From NCBI GenBank assembly GCA_964551725.1, contig CAZKED010000012.1:1-33518 (forward strand): a stretch of DNA of 33,518 bases, in the 5' to 3' direction. Positions 1 through 7,585 of the stretch are shown here, one piece after another. Source of the stretch: an uncultured archaeon. Its GTDB lineage: Archaea; Iainarchaeota; Iainarchaeia; Iainarchaeales; DTGL01. Numbering within the stretch: position 1 is the stretch's first letter; each line of letters begins with the position of its first letter. A program made the position numbers and the translations under genes. The notes under the pieces were generated by a model that saw nothing but the letters and a program-made list of their open reading frames with translations, had not been told where the DNA came from and did no database searches.

Positions 1-53
1 TATATTTTAAATTGTTTTATTTAAACTAATAGGTTGAAAGGTTGGAGCGAAAA

Positions 54-1247
54 ATGGACGTTGAAAAAATCAGGGCGGACTTTCCCGTTCTCGAAAGAGG
101 CATTGCCTATCTGGACAGTGCATGCATGACTTTGCGTCCCAAACAGGTAATTGAGGAAATGTGCCGTTACTATTATGAATTCCCCGCATGCCCGGGGAGG
201 TCGCTGCACCGCATGGGAGCGGAGGCAAGCGAGGAAATGGAAAAGTCTAGGAAAAAAGTTGCGGGGTTTCTTGGGGCGGGAAAGGAAAGCGAAATAGTGT
301 TCACGAGGAACACAACCGAGGCAATAAACCTTGTCGCGAGAAGCCTTGAATTCGGGGAAAGGAACGCTGTTGTGACAAGCGACAGGGAGCACAACTCGAA
401 CCTCGTTCCCTGGCAGCTCGCCGGAAAGCGCGGGGTGGAGCACCGAATAGTGCGGAGCACGCCGCAAAACGAATTCGACCTCGATGCGTTCCGGGAGGAA
501 ATGGACAAAAGCGTGAGGCTTGTTTCTGTTGCGCACGCAAGCAATCTGGACGGCTACGTTCTTCCCGCAAGGGAGATAATCAGGACAGCGCACGACTTCG
601 GCGCGCTGGTTCTTTTGGACGGGGCGCAGAGCGCTCCTCACTCTGAACTGAGCGTTAAAAAAATGGACTGCGATTTTTTCACCGTGAGCGCGCACAAAAT
701 GCTGGGACCGAGCGGCATGGGCTGCCTTTATGCCAAAGAAAGCGTGCTGGAGGAAATGGAGCCGTTTATCGCCGGGGGCAGCACTGTTGCGAATTCAACA
801 TATGAAAGCGCCGAATTCCTGAAAGCGCCCGAGAAATTCGAAGCCGGGCTGCAGGACATCGCGGGAATAATGGGGTTCGGGAAGGCATGCGATTACCTCG
901 AAAGAGCGGGAAGGAAAAAAATCGGGGAGTACGGAAAAAAACTGAACGAAAGACTCCAGCGCGGGCTGGAGGAAATGCAGAAAGTTGAAATAGTTGGAGT
1001 CAGGGATGCGGGGAAAAGGACAGGTATTACGAGCTTCAACGTTAAGGGACTGGACTCGCACGATGTTGCAGTTCTCTTGGACGAGGCAAAAATTGCAGTG
1101 CGCTCGGGAATGCACTGCCTGCATTCTTGGTTCAATGCCCGCAAAATCAGGGGTTCGGTGCGCGCTTCTTTCTACCTGTACAACACGCGGGAAGAAACAG
1201 AGCTGCTGCTCTCCGAAGTGAGGCAAATAGAAAAGCAACTTGCCTGA
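54..1247 (+). CDS. sufS: Cysteine desulfurase, group II (SufS/Csd-like), PLP-dependent
   Basis: IRADFPVL N-terminus, YLDSACMT, EHNSN, DGAQS, SAHKMLGPSG (PLP lysine), RSGMHC (group II catalytic Cys), RASFYLYNT. ATG at 54 preferred over TTG at 42. Confidence 0.9.
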   Translation: MDVEKIRADFPVLERGIAYLDSACMTLRPKQVIEEMCRYYYEFPACPGRSLHRMGAEASEEMEKSRKKVAGFLGAGKESEIVFTRNTTEAINLVARSLEFGERNAVVTSDREHNSNLVPWQLAGKRGVEHRIVRSTPQNEFDLDAFREEMDKSVRLVSVAHASNLDGYVLPAREIIRTAHDFGALVLLDGAQSAPHSELSVKKMDCDFFTVSAHKMLGPSGMGCLYAKESVLEEMEPFIAGGSTVANSTYESAEFLKAPEKFEAGLQDIAGIMGFGKACDYLERAGRKKIGEYGKKLNERLQRGLEEMQKVEIVGVRDAGKRTGITSFNVKGLDSHDVAVLLDEAKIAVRSGMHCLHSWFNARKIRGSVRASFYLYNTREETELLLSEVRQIEKQLA

Positions 1248-1304
1248 ACGGCTGCAGGCAGCCGTGCGGGAAACCGTAAAGGAAAAAAAGGGAAAAAGCG
1301 GGAG

Positions 1305-1607
1305 TCAGCCGAACAATGAACTCAAACCCGCTGCTGCTTCTTCCTCTGTTTTCTTGTCTTCCTCTTCTTCTTTTGCTTCCTCTTTTTTCTCCTCGCTTCC
1401 TGCAGGAGCAGCTGCAACAGGCGCCTGAACCGCTGATGCCTTTTCAATTGCCTCGTCTATGTTGACTTCCTTGAGCGATGCAATCAGTGCTTTTACCCTT
1501 GCGCTGTCCGCTTTCACTCCCGCCGATTCAAGCACTTTTGTAACTGCTTTCTCTGTTATTTCCTTTCCTGCTGAATGCAACAGCATTGCGGAATAGATGT
1601 ACTCCAT
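1305..1607 (-). CDS. rpl12: 50S ribosomal protein L12/P1 (archaeal stalk)
   Basis: [11 protein letters not shown] start, Ala-rich hinge, acidic tail ending [10 protein letters not shown]; RBS GAGGTGA. Confidence 0.97.
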   Translation of the reverse strand: MEYIYSAMLLHSAGKEITEKAVTKVLESAGVKADSARVKALIASLKEVNIDEAIEKASAVQAPVAAAPAGSEEKKEEAKEEEEDKKTEEEAAAGLSSLFG

Positions 1608-1647
1608 TTTTTCACCTCTTAAAAAATTAAACCTTTTTCAGTAAGCG

Positions 1648-2655
1648 TTATTCCTTTTTCTCCTCTTTCTTTCCCGCGGCTTTCTCCGCGGGCTTTTTGC
1701 TGGGAGTTTTTTCCGCCTCCGCTGCGGGTTTTTCTGCTTCCGGAGCGGGCTTTTCCTCGGTAGCTGGCTCTTGGGGCTCGGCTTCCGCCTGCGCATCCTG
1801 CGGGGCGGGCTCTTCTTTCACAATGCCTTTGAGGGCGCTGGCTTGCGCCTGCGCTCTTGCGAGTATTGCGCCCGCGGTGCAGGAGTTGAGAATGCATGCT
1901 TCCAGTGAAACCGCCCTGCTTTCATTGAACGCCTTTCCTATGAGCACTGCAATGTTTTCCGGCACGGGGTATGCTGTTTCCACGGAGACGCACAGCGCGT
2001 TCCTGTAGGCATTCGCGATGTTTGCAAATGTTTTTTCCAGGTCAATGTCAAGAACGCCTGCTTCGAAGATTTCGCCGCCCATAAGCGCTGCTGTAACGTC
2101 CAGACCCACTTCAACCGGCTTTATGTCCAGTTTTGAAAGGGCTTTTGCGTGCGCTTCCGTTACGGTTTCTCCCTTTCTGACAAGTGTTACGTCCTCCGGA
2201 ATCTTGATCGAGGAGCCTTTCATTTGCGGTTTTAATCCTGCGGCTTTTAGGTCGGCGAGGTCCGGTCCCGGGGGCAAACCAGTGTCCCCTTTGTACACTA
2301 TTATGTCTTTTTCCGCTGTCATGCCCGGCTTTGCCGCCATTTTTCCCCTGTTTTTCTTCAGCTGCATGTACAGTTCAAAGGGGTCCATTTCCGTGAAAAT
2401 TATTGCAATCGGTCCCTCGATGAAAGGAGTGAGCGCGCTTGCGTCGATTCCCGATTCTTTCAGTGCAATGGAAAAAACCCTTGTTTTCGAGACTCTTATT
2501 GTTGCCTTTCCGCTGAGTGCTTTCCTTATTTTCTGGAAAAGCGAGGCGGGAAAACGCTCTATGCGGGCTACGGCGATTACTTTGCTTGACTTGATGAGTT
2601 CTTTGAGTTCTCGGGCTTCCTTTTTCTTCCACTGGAGGGTGTGCGCTTTGACCAT
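1648..2655 (-). CDS. rplP0: 50S ribosomal protein L10/P0 (uL10)
   Basis: FTEMDPFELY, AKPG, GDTGLPPGP, LSKLDIKP motifs; position between rpl1 and rpl12. Confidence 0.95.
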   Translation of the reverse strand: MVKAHTLQWKKKEARELKELIKSSKVIAVARIERFPASLFQKIRKALSGKATIRVSKTRVFSIALKESGIDASALTPFIEGPIAIIFTEMDPFELYMQLKKNRGKMAAKPGMTAEKDIIVYKGDTGLPPGPDLADLKAAGLKPQMKGSSIKIPEDVTLVRKGETVTEAHAKALSKLDIKPVEVGLDVTAALMGGEIFEAGVLDIDLEKTFANIANAYRNALCVSVETAYPVPENIAVLIGKAFNESRAVSLEACILNSCTAGAILARAQAQASALKGIVKEEPAPQDAQAEAEPQEPATEEKPAPEAEKPAAEAEKTPSKKPAEKAAGKKEEKKE

Positions 2656-3311
2656 TACCTGCCGCCCCCTATCCTTATAGCGGAACCCATTGTTTTTTTC
2701 ACTATCACGGATTTTACGTTCTGTTTTTTTCTCGGAAGGGCTTTTTCCACTTCCTCGTAAATCCTGAGAATGTTTTCCGCGATTTTGTTCCTTTCCATTG
2801 AATCGTTTCCCACAACGACCTGGACCAGGGGAATTCCCTTGCCCCTGCGGTTGGTAACGCGCACCCTTGACTTCATTTTGGAGAGTTCCGCTCTTACCTC
2901 GCCGGGGTCTGTGGAAACCGGCTTTGGCATTTTGCCTTTTGGCGCGAGGTCTTGCCCGAGATATTTTCCTACGGCAATCATTACAGGGGCTTCTGCGACA
3001 AAAACGTCGTGCTGGAGAATGCTTTGAATCTGCTGTTTTTTGAGTTCGGGGATTTTGCCCTCCATTATTATTGTCTCGAAGTCTTCCTTCATTGTCGCCG
3101 CAAAGGAATCGCTGCGCGCGAAAAGCAGGGCTTTCCCTTCGCCCCTCCCCGTGGAATGCGGCAAATCGAGTTTTATGTCCACTTGTCCTGAGGGCTTTTT
3201 CGCGTCAATTCCGCGGAAATTCACAATCAGCTCTATCTGCTGGTTGAAATTTCTCTTTTTTGACTTTGAATCCATTTCCCGCAGTGATGCGAGGATTTCT
3301 TCCAGTTTCAT
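2655..3311 (-). CDS. rpl1: 50S ribosomal protein L1 (uL1)
   Basis: KKRNFNQQIELIVNF, LGQDLAPKGKMPKP, VKKTMG motifs; TAATG overlap with rplP0. Confidence 0.95.
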   Translation of the reverse strand: MKLEEILASLREMDSKSKKRNFNQQIELIVNFRGIDAKKPSGQVDIKLDLPHSTGRGEGKALLFARSDSFAATMKEDFETIIMEGKIPELKKQQIQSILQHDVFVAEAPVMIAVGKYLGQDLAPKGKMPKPVSTDPGEVRAELSKMKSRVRVTNRRGKGIPLVQVVVGNDSMERNKIAENILRIYEEVEKALPRKKQNVKSVIVKKTMGSAIRIGGGR

Positions 3312-3385
3312 TTTTTATTGGCCTCCTGCTTTAAGCAGTGATAACGGTTAAAACGAGGTAAAGTGAAATTGGGGTGTGAAAGGTT

Positions 3386-3931
3386 TTAAATGCTTTCCTT
3401 TGCCGCTGGAGCCTGCTCTTCTCCCGGTTTTTCTTCTTTTTTCCAGGGGGGGTTTTCTGCGGCCAGCATTGAATCGAACGCGCCTGCATCAACTTCTTTT
3501 ATTGCTTTCACGGCGCGCTTTCCTTCAACGTGCACGCCCATTGAATTACACGCGCCCAAAACTTCTTTTACCGCGCTTTTAATGTTCGAGGACGAAAGCC
3601 CCTGCATTTTTTTCAATGCAATGGATTTTACCTGCTGCATTGTCAGTTCCCCGGCTTTTTCCCTTTTGGGGTCTTTTGCGGCTTTTTCCAGGGATGCTTC
3701 CTTTTTAATGAGCGCGGAAACCGGCGGGAATCCCACTTCAATCTCGAACTTTTTCGTCGCGGAATCAACCGTTACTTTAACCGGAACCTTCATTCCCTTG
3801 AATTCCGCTGTTTTTTTGTTTATTTCCGCGACTACTTCCCCTATATTTATTCCCAGTGGACCTAATGCCGGGCCAAGGGGAGCTGACGCTGTTGCTGCGC
3901 CGCCGTCAACCATCACGCTTACAACAGGCAT
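3386..3931 (-). CDS. rpl11: 50S ribosomal protein L11 (uL11) with short C-terminal extension
   Basis: GGAAT-APLGPALGPLG, EINKKT, GMKVPV, PPVSALIKKE, CNSMG. Confidence 0.96.
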   Translation of the reverse strand: MPVVSVMVDGGAATASAPLGPALGPLGINIGEVVAEINKKTAEFKGMKVPVKVTVDSATKKFEIEVGFPPVSALIKKEASLEKAAKDPKREKAGELTMQQVKSIALKKMQGLSSSNIKSAVKEVLGACNSMGVHVEGKRAVKAIKEVDAGAFDSMLAAENPPWKKEEKPGEEQAPAAKESI

Positions 3932-3952
3932 TCAAAAAACCTCAAAAAAACC

Positions 3953-4390
3953 TCACTTCAGAATCCTTATGTTCTCCGCTTTCGTGGTCACGGGAATTTT
4001 TACCACTGCTTCGAGCAGTTCCACTGTGACCTCTTCCTTTGCCTTGTTTACTCTGACCACGCGGGCTTTCTCCCCCTTGAAGGGCCCCGAAATTACCCTG
4101 ACCTTTATTCCTTCCTTTATTGATTCCATTAAGGGCTTTGCTTCGAGGAGGGAGGTAAGCTCTTTCAGGGGAATGTTTCCTCCCACTATGCCTTTTCCTT
4201 TTATGTGGGGAATGTTTGTAATGAGTCTGCGAACGCTTAACTCGCAGTCTCCCTCGACCAAAATGTACCCCTTGAGTTCGGGCATTACCACGAGTGAATA
4301 AATCTCCAGCGGCTCGTTTTCGAGCTTTTTCTGGAGCATGTCCACAACCAGGCTCTCCTGTCCCGCGGTAGTCCTGACAGAAAAAATCAT
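3953..4390 (-). CDS. spt5: Transcription elongation factor Spt5 (NusG family)
   Basis: VRTTAGQE, LKGYILVE NGN domain, KOW motif VISGPFKGEKARV; ATG at 4390 behind GGGTGAT RBS. Confidence 0.95.
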   Translation of the reverse strand: MIFSVRTTAGQESLVVDMLQKKLENEPLEIYSLVVMPELKGYILVEGDCELSVRRLITNIPHIKGKGIVGGNIPLKELTSLLEAKPLMESIKEGIKVRVISGPFKGEKARVVRVNKAKEEVTVELLEAVVKIPVTTKAENIRILK

Positions 4391-4462
4391 CCAATCACCC
4401 AAAAAAAAACAAAGAAAGGAAAAAAATCAACGTAATAATTGGAAAGTAAAAGGGTTAAAAAG

Positions 4463-4648
4463 CTATCTTCCCAGCCCCGTAAGAGTGAAAATCAAGTAAA
4501 TAATGTAGGAAATAACGCCTATGAGCGCAACGCCTGCGAGTATTATTTTCACCATTGTGGAGAACTCGTTCCACGAGGGCTTTTTTGAAACAGTGAAAAC
4601 CCTGCGCGAGGATTCGGTGAAATTCCTAAAACTTTCCCTTAACCCCAT
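4463..4648 (-). CDS. secE: Protein translocase subunit SecE / Sec61 gamma
   Basis: RRVFTVSKKPSWNEF followed by one TM helix; between ftsZ and spt5; ATG at 4648 behind GGAGTGAT RBS. Confidence 0.93.
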   Translation of the reverse strand: MGLRESFRNFTESSRRVFTVSKKPSWNEFSTMVKIILAGVALIGVISYIIYLIFTLTGLGR

Positions 4649-4685
4649 TGCAATCACTCCCATTTATCCGGCCTTTCCCGAGCAT

Positions 4686-5810
4686 TCAGCCTGTAAACTC
4701 TATTCCCAAATCAATGCCCTTGTCGGTCTGCATTGCTTCCAGGTTGTCAAGATACGGAAAGCGCCCTCCTGCAACCACGACCATTGCCTGAATCCTGTTC
4801 TTGGGTATTTTTTCGTCAACCATTGCACCCCATATTATGTGTGCTTCCCCGTGTATTTTTGCGCTCACCGTTTCCACTATCATTTCTGCTTCGCGCAAAG
4901 TCATGTCGCTGCCGCCTATTACGTTCACAAGTGCTCGCTGGGCGTCGCTTATGTCGACGTCTAGCAAAGGCGATGTCAAAGCGTTCTCCACTGCTTCGAG
5001 AGCGCGGGCGTCGCTTGCCTCCTCGCTTTGCGATTCACCCAAACCAATCATTGCCGCGCCGCCTCTCCTGAGAATGGTGCGGAGGTCGGCGTAATCCAGG
5101 TTAATCAAGCCGGGCTTTGTAATCATTTCTGTTATTCCCTTCACCGCGTTGGTGAGGACTTCGTCCGCTACCTTGAACGCCGCATTAACCGGCAGGTCCG
5201 GGGCAATTTCGAGTATTTTGTCGTTGGGAATCACAATAATTGTGTCAGTGTGCTCTTTTAGTTTTGCCAGCCCGTCCAGGGCGTTCTCCGTCCTGCGCTT
5301 GCCCTCGACGGTGAAAGGAAGCGTTACAACCGCGAGGGTGAGGGCTTTCATTTCCTTTCCGAGTTCTGCGACAATTGGGCTGGCTCCGGTGCCTGTGCCC
5401 CCGCCCAGACCGCATGTAATGAACAGCAGGTCGGAATCGCCGAGAACATCCATCAATTCGTCAAGGCTTTCCCGCGCGGAAGCCTCCCCTATCGATGGGT
5501 CTGAGCCGGAACCCAAACCGCGGGTGGTTTCCCTTCCTATGAGGATTTTTTTGTCCGCGCTTGTGTTAAGCAGATCCTGGGCGTCGGTGTTTATTGCAAA
5601 GGTCTCAGCGCCTTTTATTCCGACTTCGTGCATTCTCTGCACGGTGTTACTTCCGCCTCCGCCTAGACCGACAACGCGTATTTTTGCGCTTGCTTTTTGC
5701 AGCAGCTTGGTCAGATCCTCCTCGCCCTTCAATTTTTTGGACTTTTTTCCCGGCTTTTTAACGGGAGAGGATTTCGCCCTCTTGATGGCTTTCTTAACAA
5801 TGCTTTCCAC
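4686..5810 (-). CDS. ftsZ: Cell division protein FtsZ (FtsZ1 type)
   Basis: VVGLGGGGSN, INTDAQDL, GLGGGTGTG tubulin signature, NLDYAD T7 loop, SPLLDVD. Start assigned to GTG 5810 (MESIVKK) behind GGAGG. Confidence 0.97.
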   Translation of the reverse strand: MESIVKKAIKRAKSSPVKKPGKKSKKLKGEEDLTKLLQKASAKIRVVGLGGGGSNTVQRMHEVGIKGAETFAINTDAQDLLNTSADKKILIGRETTRGLGSGSDPSIGEASARESLDELMDVLGDSDLLFITCGLGGGTGTGASPIVAELGKEMKALTLAVVTLPFTVEGKRRTENALDGLAKLKEHTDTIIVIPNDKILEIAPDLPVNAAFKVADEVLTNAVKGITEMITKPGLINLDYADLRTILRRGGAAMIGLGESQSEEASDARALEAVENALTSPLLDVDISDAQRALVNVIGGSDMTLREAEMIVETVSAKIHGEAHIIWGAMVDEKIPKNRIQAMVVVAGGRFPYLDNLEAMQTDKGIDLGIEFTG

Positions 5811-5954
5811 GGACACGCCTCCTTTCACAGCATTAAAAACATTCCAGCATTACAATCCATTTTATTTTTTCGAGTTCAGATTTTAAGTTCAGGTTTCTTT
5901 TTTACAGGTTTCAGTTATAAAATTACAATATAACAATTTTTGCCATTAAAACCG

Positions 5955-5967
5955 TTTAAAACCTTTC
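5955..5967 (-). promoter_or_regulatory. Candidate BRE-TATA promoter for the ftsZ/ribosomal cluster
   Basis: Minus strand GAAAGGTTTTAAA about 145 bp upstream of the ftsZ start. Confidence 0.45.
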
Positions 5968-6070
5968 GGTTCACGCGCGGAAACCCGCGCTTTTTTCAAG
6001 AAACGGTTGGATATAACAATTGCCCCTGAAAAGGATTAAAAAAGCGTGCCCGCAAACCTCTACATAAAAA

Positions 6071-6090
6071 GAAAAAGTATTTATATAAAG
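6071..6090 (+). promoter_or_regulatory. BRE-TATA promoter for the 6139 orphan
   Basis: GAAAAAGTATTTATATAAAG, a canonical archaeal TTTATATA box preceded by a purine-rich BRE, about 50 bp before the ATG. Confidence 0.6.
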
Positions 6091-6138
6091 CGAGGGATAA
6101 AATATCTAGCGAGGACACAGCACACGGAAGTGAAACGA

Positions 6139-6570
6139 ATGGCAAGACCGAGAGCAAGAAAGGGAAAAGGCACGGGAACGCAACGCAGGAAAAACCCGCG
6201 GACCGAGCCAAAATACGGAACCCGCATTGGAATGGGCATTGGTTCCAAAACGGACAGGAAAAGCAGCAAAAGAATTGCAAGAGCCGGAAGAAGAAGGCTC
6301 AGGAGCGGCGAAGGCGAGGTATTCAGGTACGAGGAACTCCCGGACGGAATGATTAGGTTTGCACTGGACGGAGAATACGATACACTTCGCAAAGCAATAG
6401 GGAACTCACTGAATCCGAGAATCGTGGAAGCCGGAAAGAGATACAGGTGGCTTGTAATCGAAGAGGAAATGACCGGCAGGGGCGGAATGGAAGGCACGGG
6501 AATAAAAGTGGACTTCACTTTCACGAACCACCCGCAAAAGGGTGCACTAAAAGTAAGGCTCAACCCGTGA
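6139..6570 (+). CDS. Hypothetical protein, 143 aa, Arg/Lys/Gly-rich N-terminal third
   Basis: ATG at 6139 behind GGAAGTGA RBS and a TATA box; fills the gap between ftsZ and the next gene; no family recognised. Confidence 0.7.
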   Translation: MARPRARKGKGTGTQRRKNPRTEPKYGTRIGMGIGSKTDRKSSKRIARAGRRRLRSGEGEVFRYEELPDGMIRFALDGEYDTLRKAIGNSLNPRIVEAGKRYRWLVIEEEMTGRGGMEGTGIKVDFTFTNHPQKGALKVRLNP

Positions 6571-6596
6571 ACCCGCGCAACTGCAAAACATTTAAA

Positions 6597-6629
6597 TTCC
6601 CGCGCTGCGTTATAAATGCGGTGCGGGAA
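6597..6629 (+). promoter_or_regulatory. 15-bp hairpin covering the RBS of the R15P isomerase gene
   Basis: TTCCCGCGCTGCGTT-ATA-AATGCGGTGCGGGAA: 12 Watson-Crick and 3 G-U pairs, ending just before the ATG at 6632. Confidence 0.55.
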
Positions 6630-6631
6630 AA

Positions 6632-7585
6632 ATGGCTAATGCAAAACTGATTCAAACCGTGCGGGACATCCGCTCGCTCAAAATACAGGGCTCGAGCGCC
6701 GTGCGCAGGGCAATAGTGCTTGCATTAAAGGATTCAGTGAAAAAAAGCCGCGCGCGCTCCGTGAAGGAATTCCGTGCAGAATTAAAAAAGAACGCACTGC
6801 TTCTCGCTGCGGCGAGGCCAACCGAGCCCGAGACAAGGACAGCGCTGAGAATAATTCTCAAAAAGGCTTCCGCAGAACTGCCCCTCCAAAAACTCCGCGA
6901 AGCGGTTCTGGGGGAGTGCACTGCCTACGAAAAAAACAGGAAAAATGCAATGCGGGAAATCGCGCGCATTGGCGCAAGGGAGCTGAAAAAGTGCAGCACT
7001 ATATTCACGCACTGCCACTCGCATACAGTGGAAGCCATACTGCTACAGGCGAAAAAGAACGGAACGCTCAAGCGCGTTATTAACACGGAAACAAGACCGC
7101 GGTGGCAGGGCAGGATTACTTCAATGAACCTGGCGAAAGCGGGGATTCCGGTGACGCATATCGTGGACTCCGCTGCCGGAGTATTCCTCAACGAAGCGGA
7201 CGCGTTTGTTACCGGCGCGGATGCAATTCTCGCAAGCGGCGCGGCGGTGAACAAAATAGGCACTTCCCTTATTTCCCTGAAAGCGAAGCAGTTGGGCGTT
7301 CCGCATTATATTGCAACGAGCTCTCATTCGTTCGATCCCGCGACTTACTACGGGGAAAAGGAGGAAATAGAGCAACGTGCAGCGGAAGAAGTGTGGGGGA
7401 AAAAAATCCGCGGGGTGGAAATAAGGAATCCCGCTTTTGACACAACGGAAGCGAGATTCATTAAAGCCATTATATGCGAGAAAGGCGTGCTTCCGCCGAA
7501 AAAATTCACCGCGGGAATGGAGAAAGAGCTGGGGCTGAAGGAAAAGAAATTCGTTTCCCTCGTGGAAATGCTGCGGGGGAAATAA
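6632..7585 (+). CDS. Ribose-1,5-bisphosphate isomerase-like protein (eIF-2B alpha/beta/delta family)
   Basis: IRSLKIQG, ARPTE, THCHS (catalytic Cys), ETRPRWQG, GAD (catalytic Asp), NKIGT, NPAFDTT. Confidence 0.85.
   Translation: MANAKLIQTVRDIRSLKIQGSSAVRRAIVLALKDSVKKSRARSVKEFRAELKKNALLLAAARPTEPETRTALRIILKKASAELPLQKLREAVLGECTAYEKNRKNAMREIARIGARELKKCSTIFTHCHSHTVEAILLQAKKNGTLKRVINTETRPRWQGRITSMNLAKAGIPVTHIVDSAAGVFLNEADAFVTGADAILASGAAVNKIGTSLISLKAKQLGVPHYIATSSHSFDPATYYGEKEEIEQRAAEEVWGKKIRGVEIRNPAFDTTEARFIKAIICEKGVLPPKKFTAGMEKELGLKEKKFVSLVEMLRGK

Noticed and set aside
3312-3385. L1 autoregulatory RNA site before rpl1
   Set aside because: Only a weak 5-bp hairpin (CTGCT-TAA-AGCAG) near the RBS; I could not identify the L1-binding internal loop.
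4652-4664. Self-targeting of the secE RBS region by spacer 33362-33397
   Set aside because: Only 13 of 36 nt match contiguously, and they are a generic RBS; the flanks differ.
5950-6008. Hammerhead ribozyme or tRNA
   Set aside because: No CUGANGA/GAAA core in the junctions and no cloverleaf or T-loop consensus.
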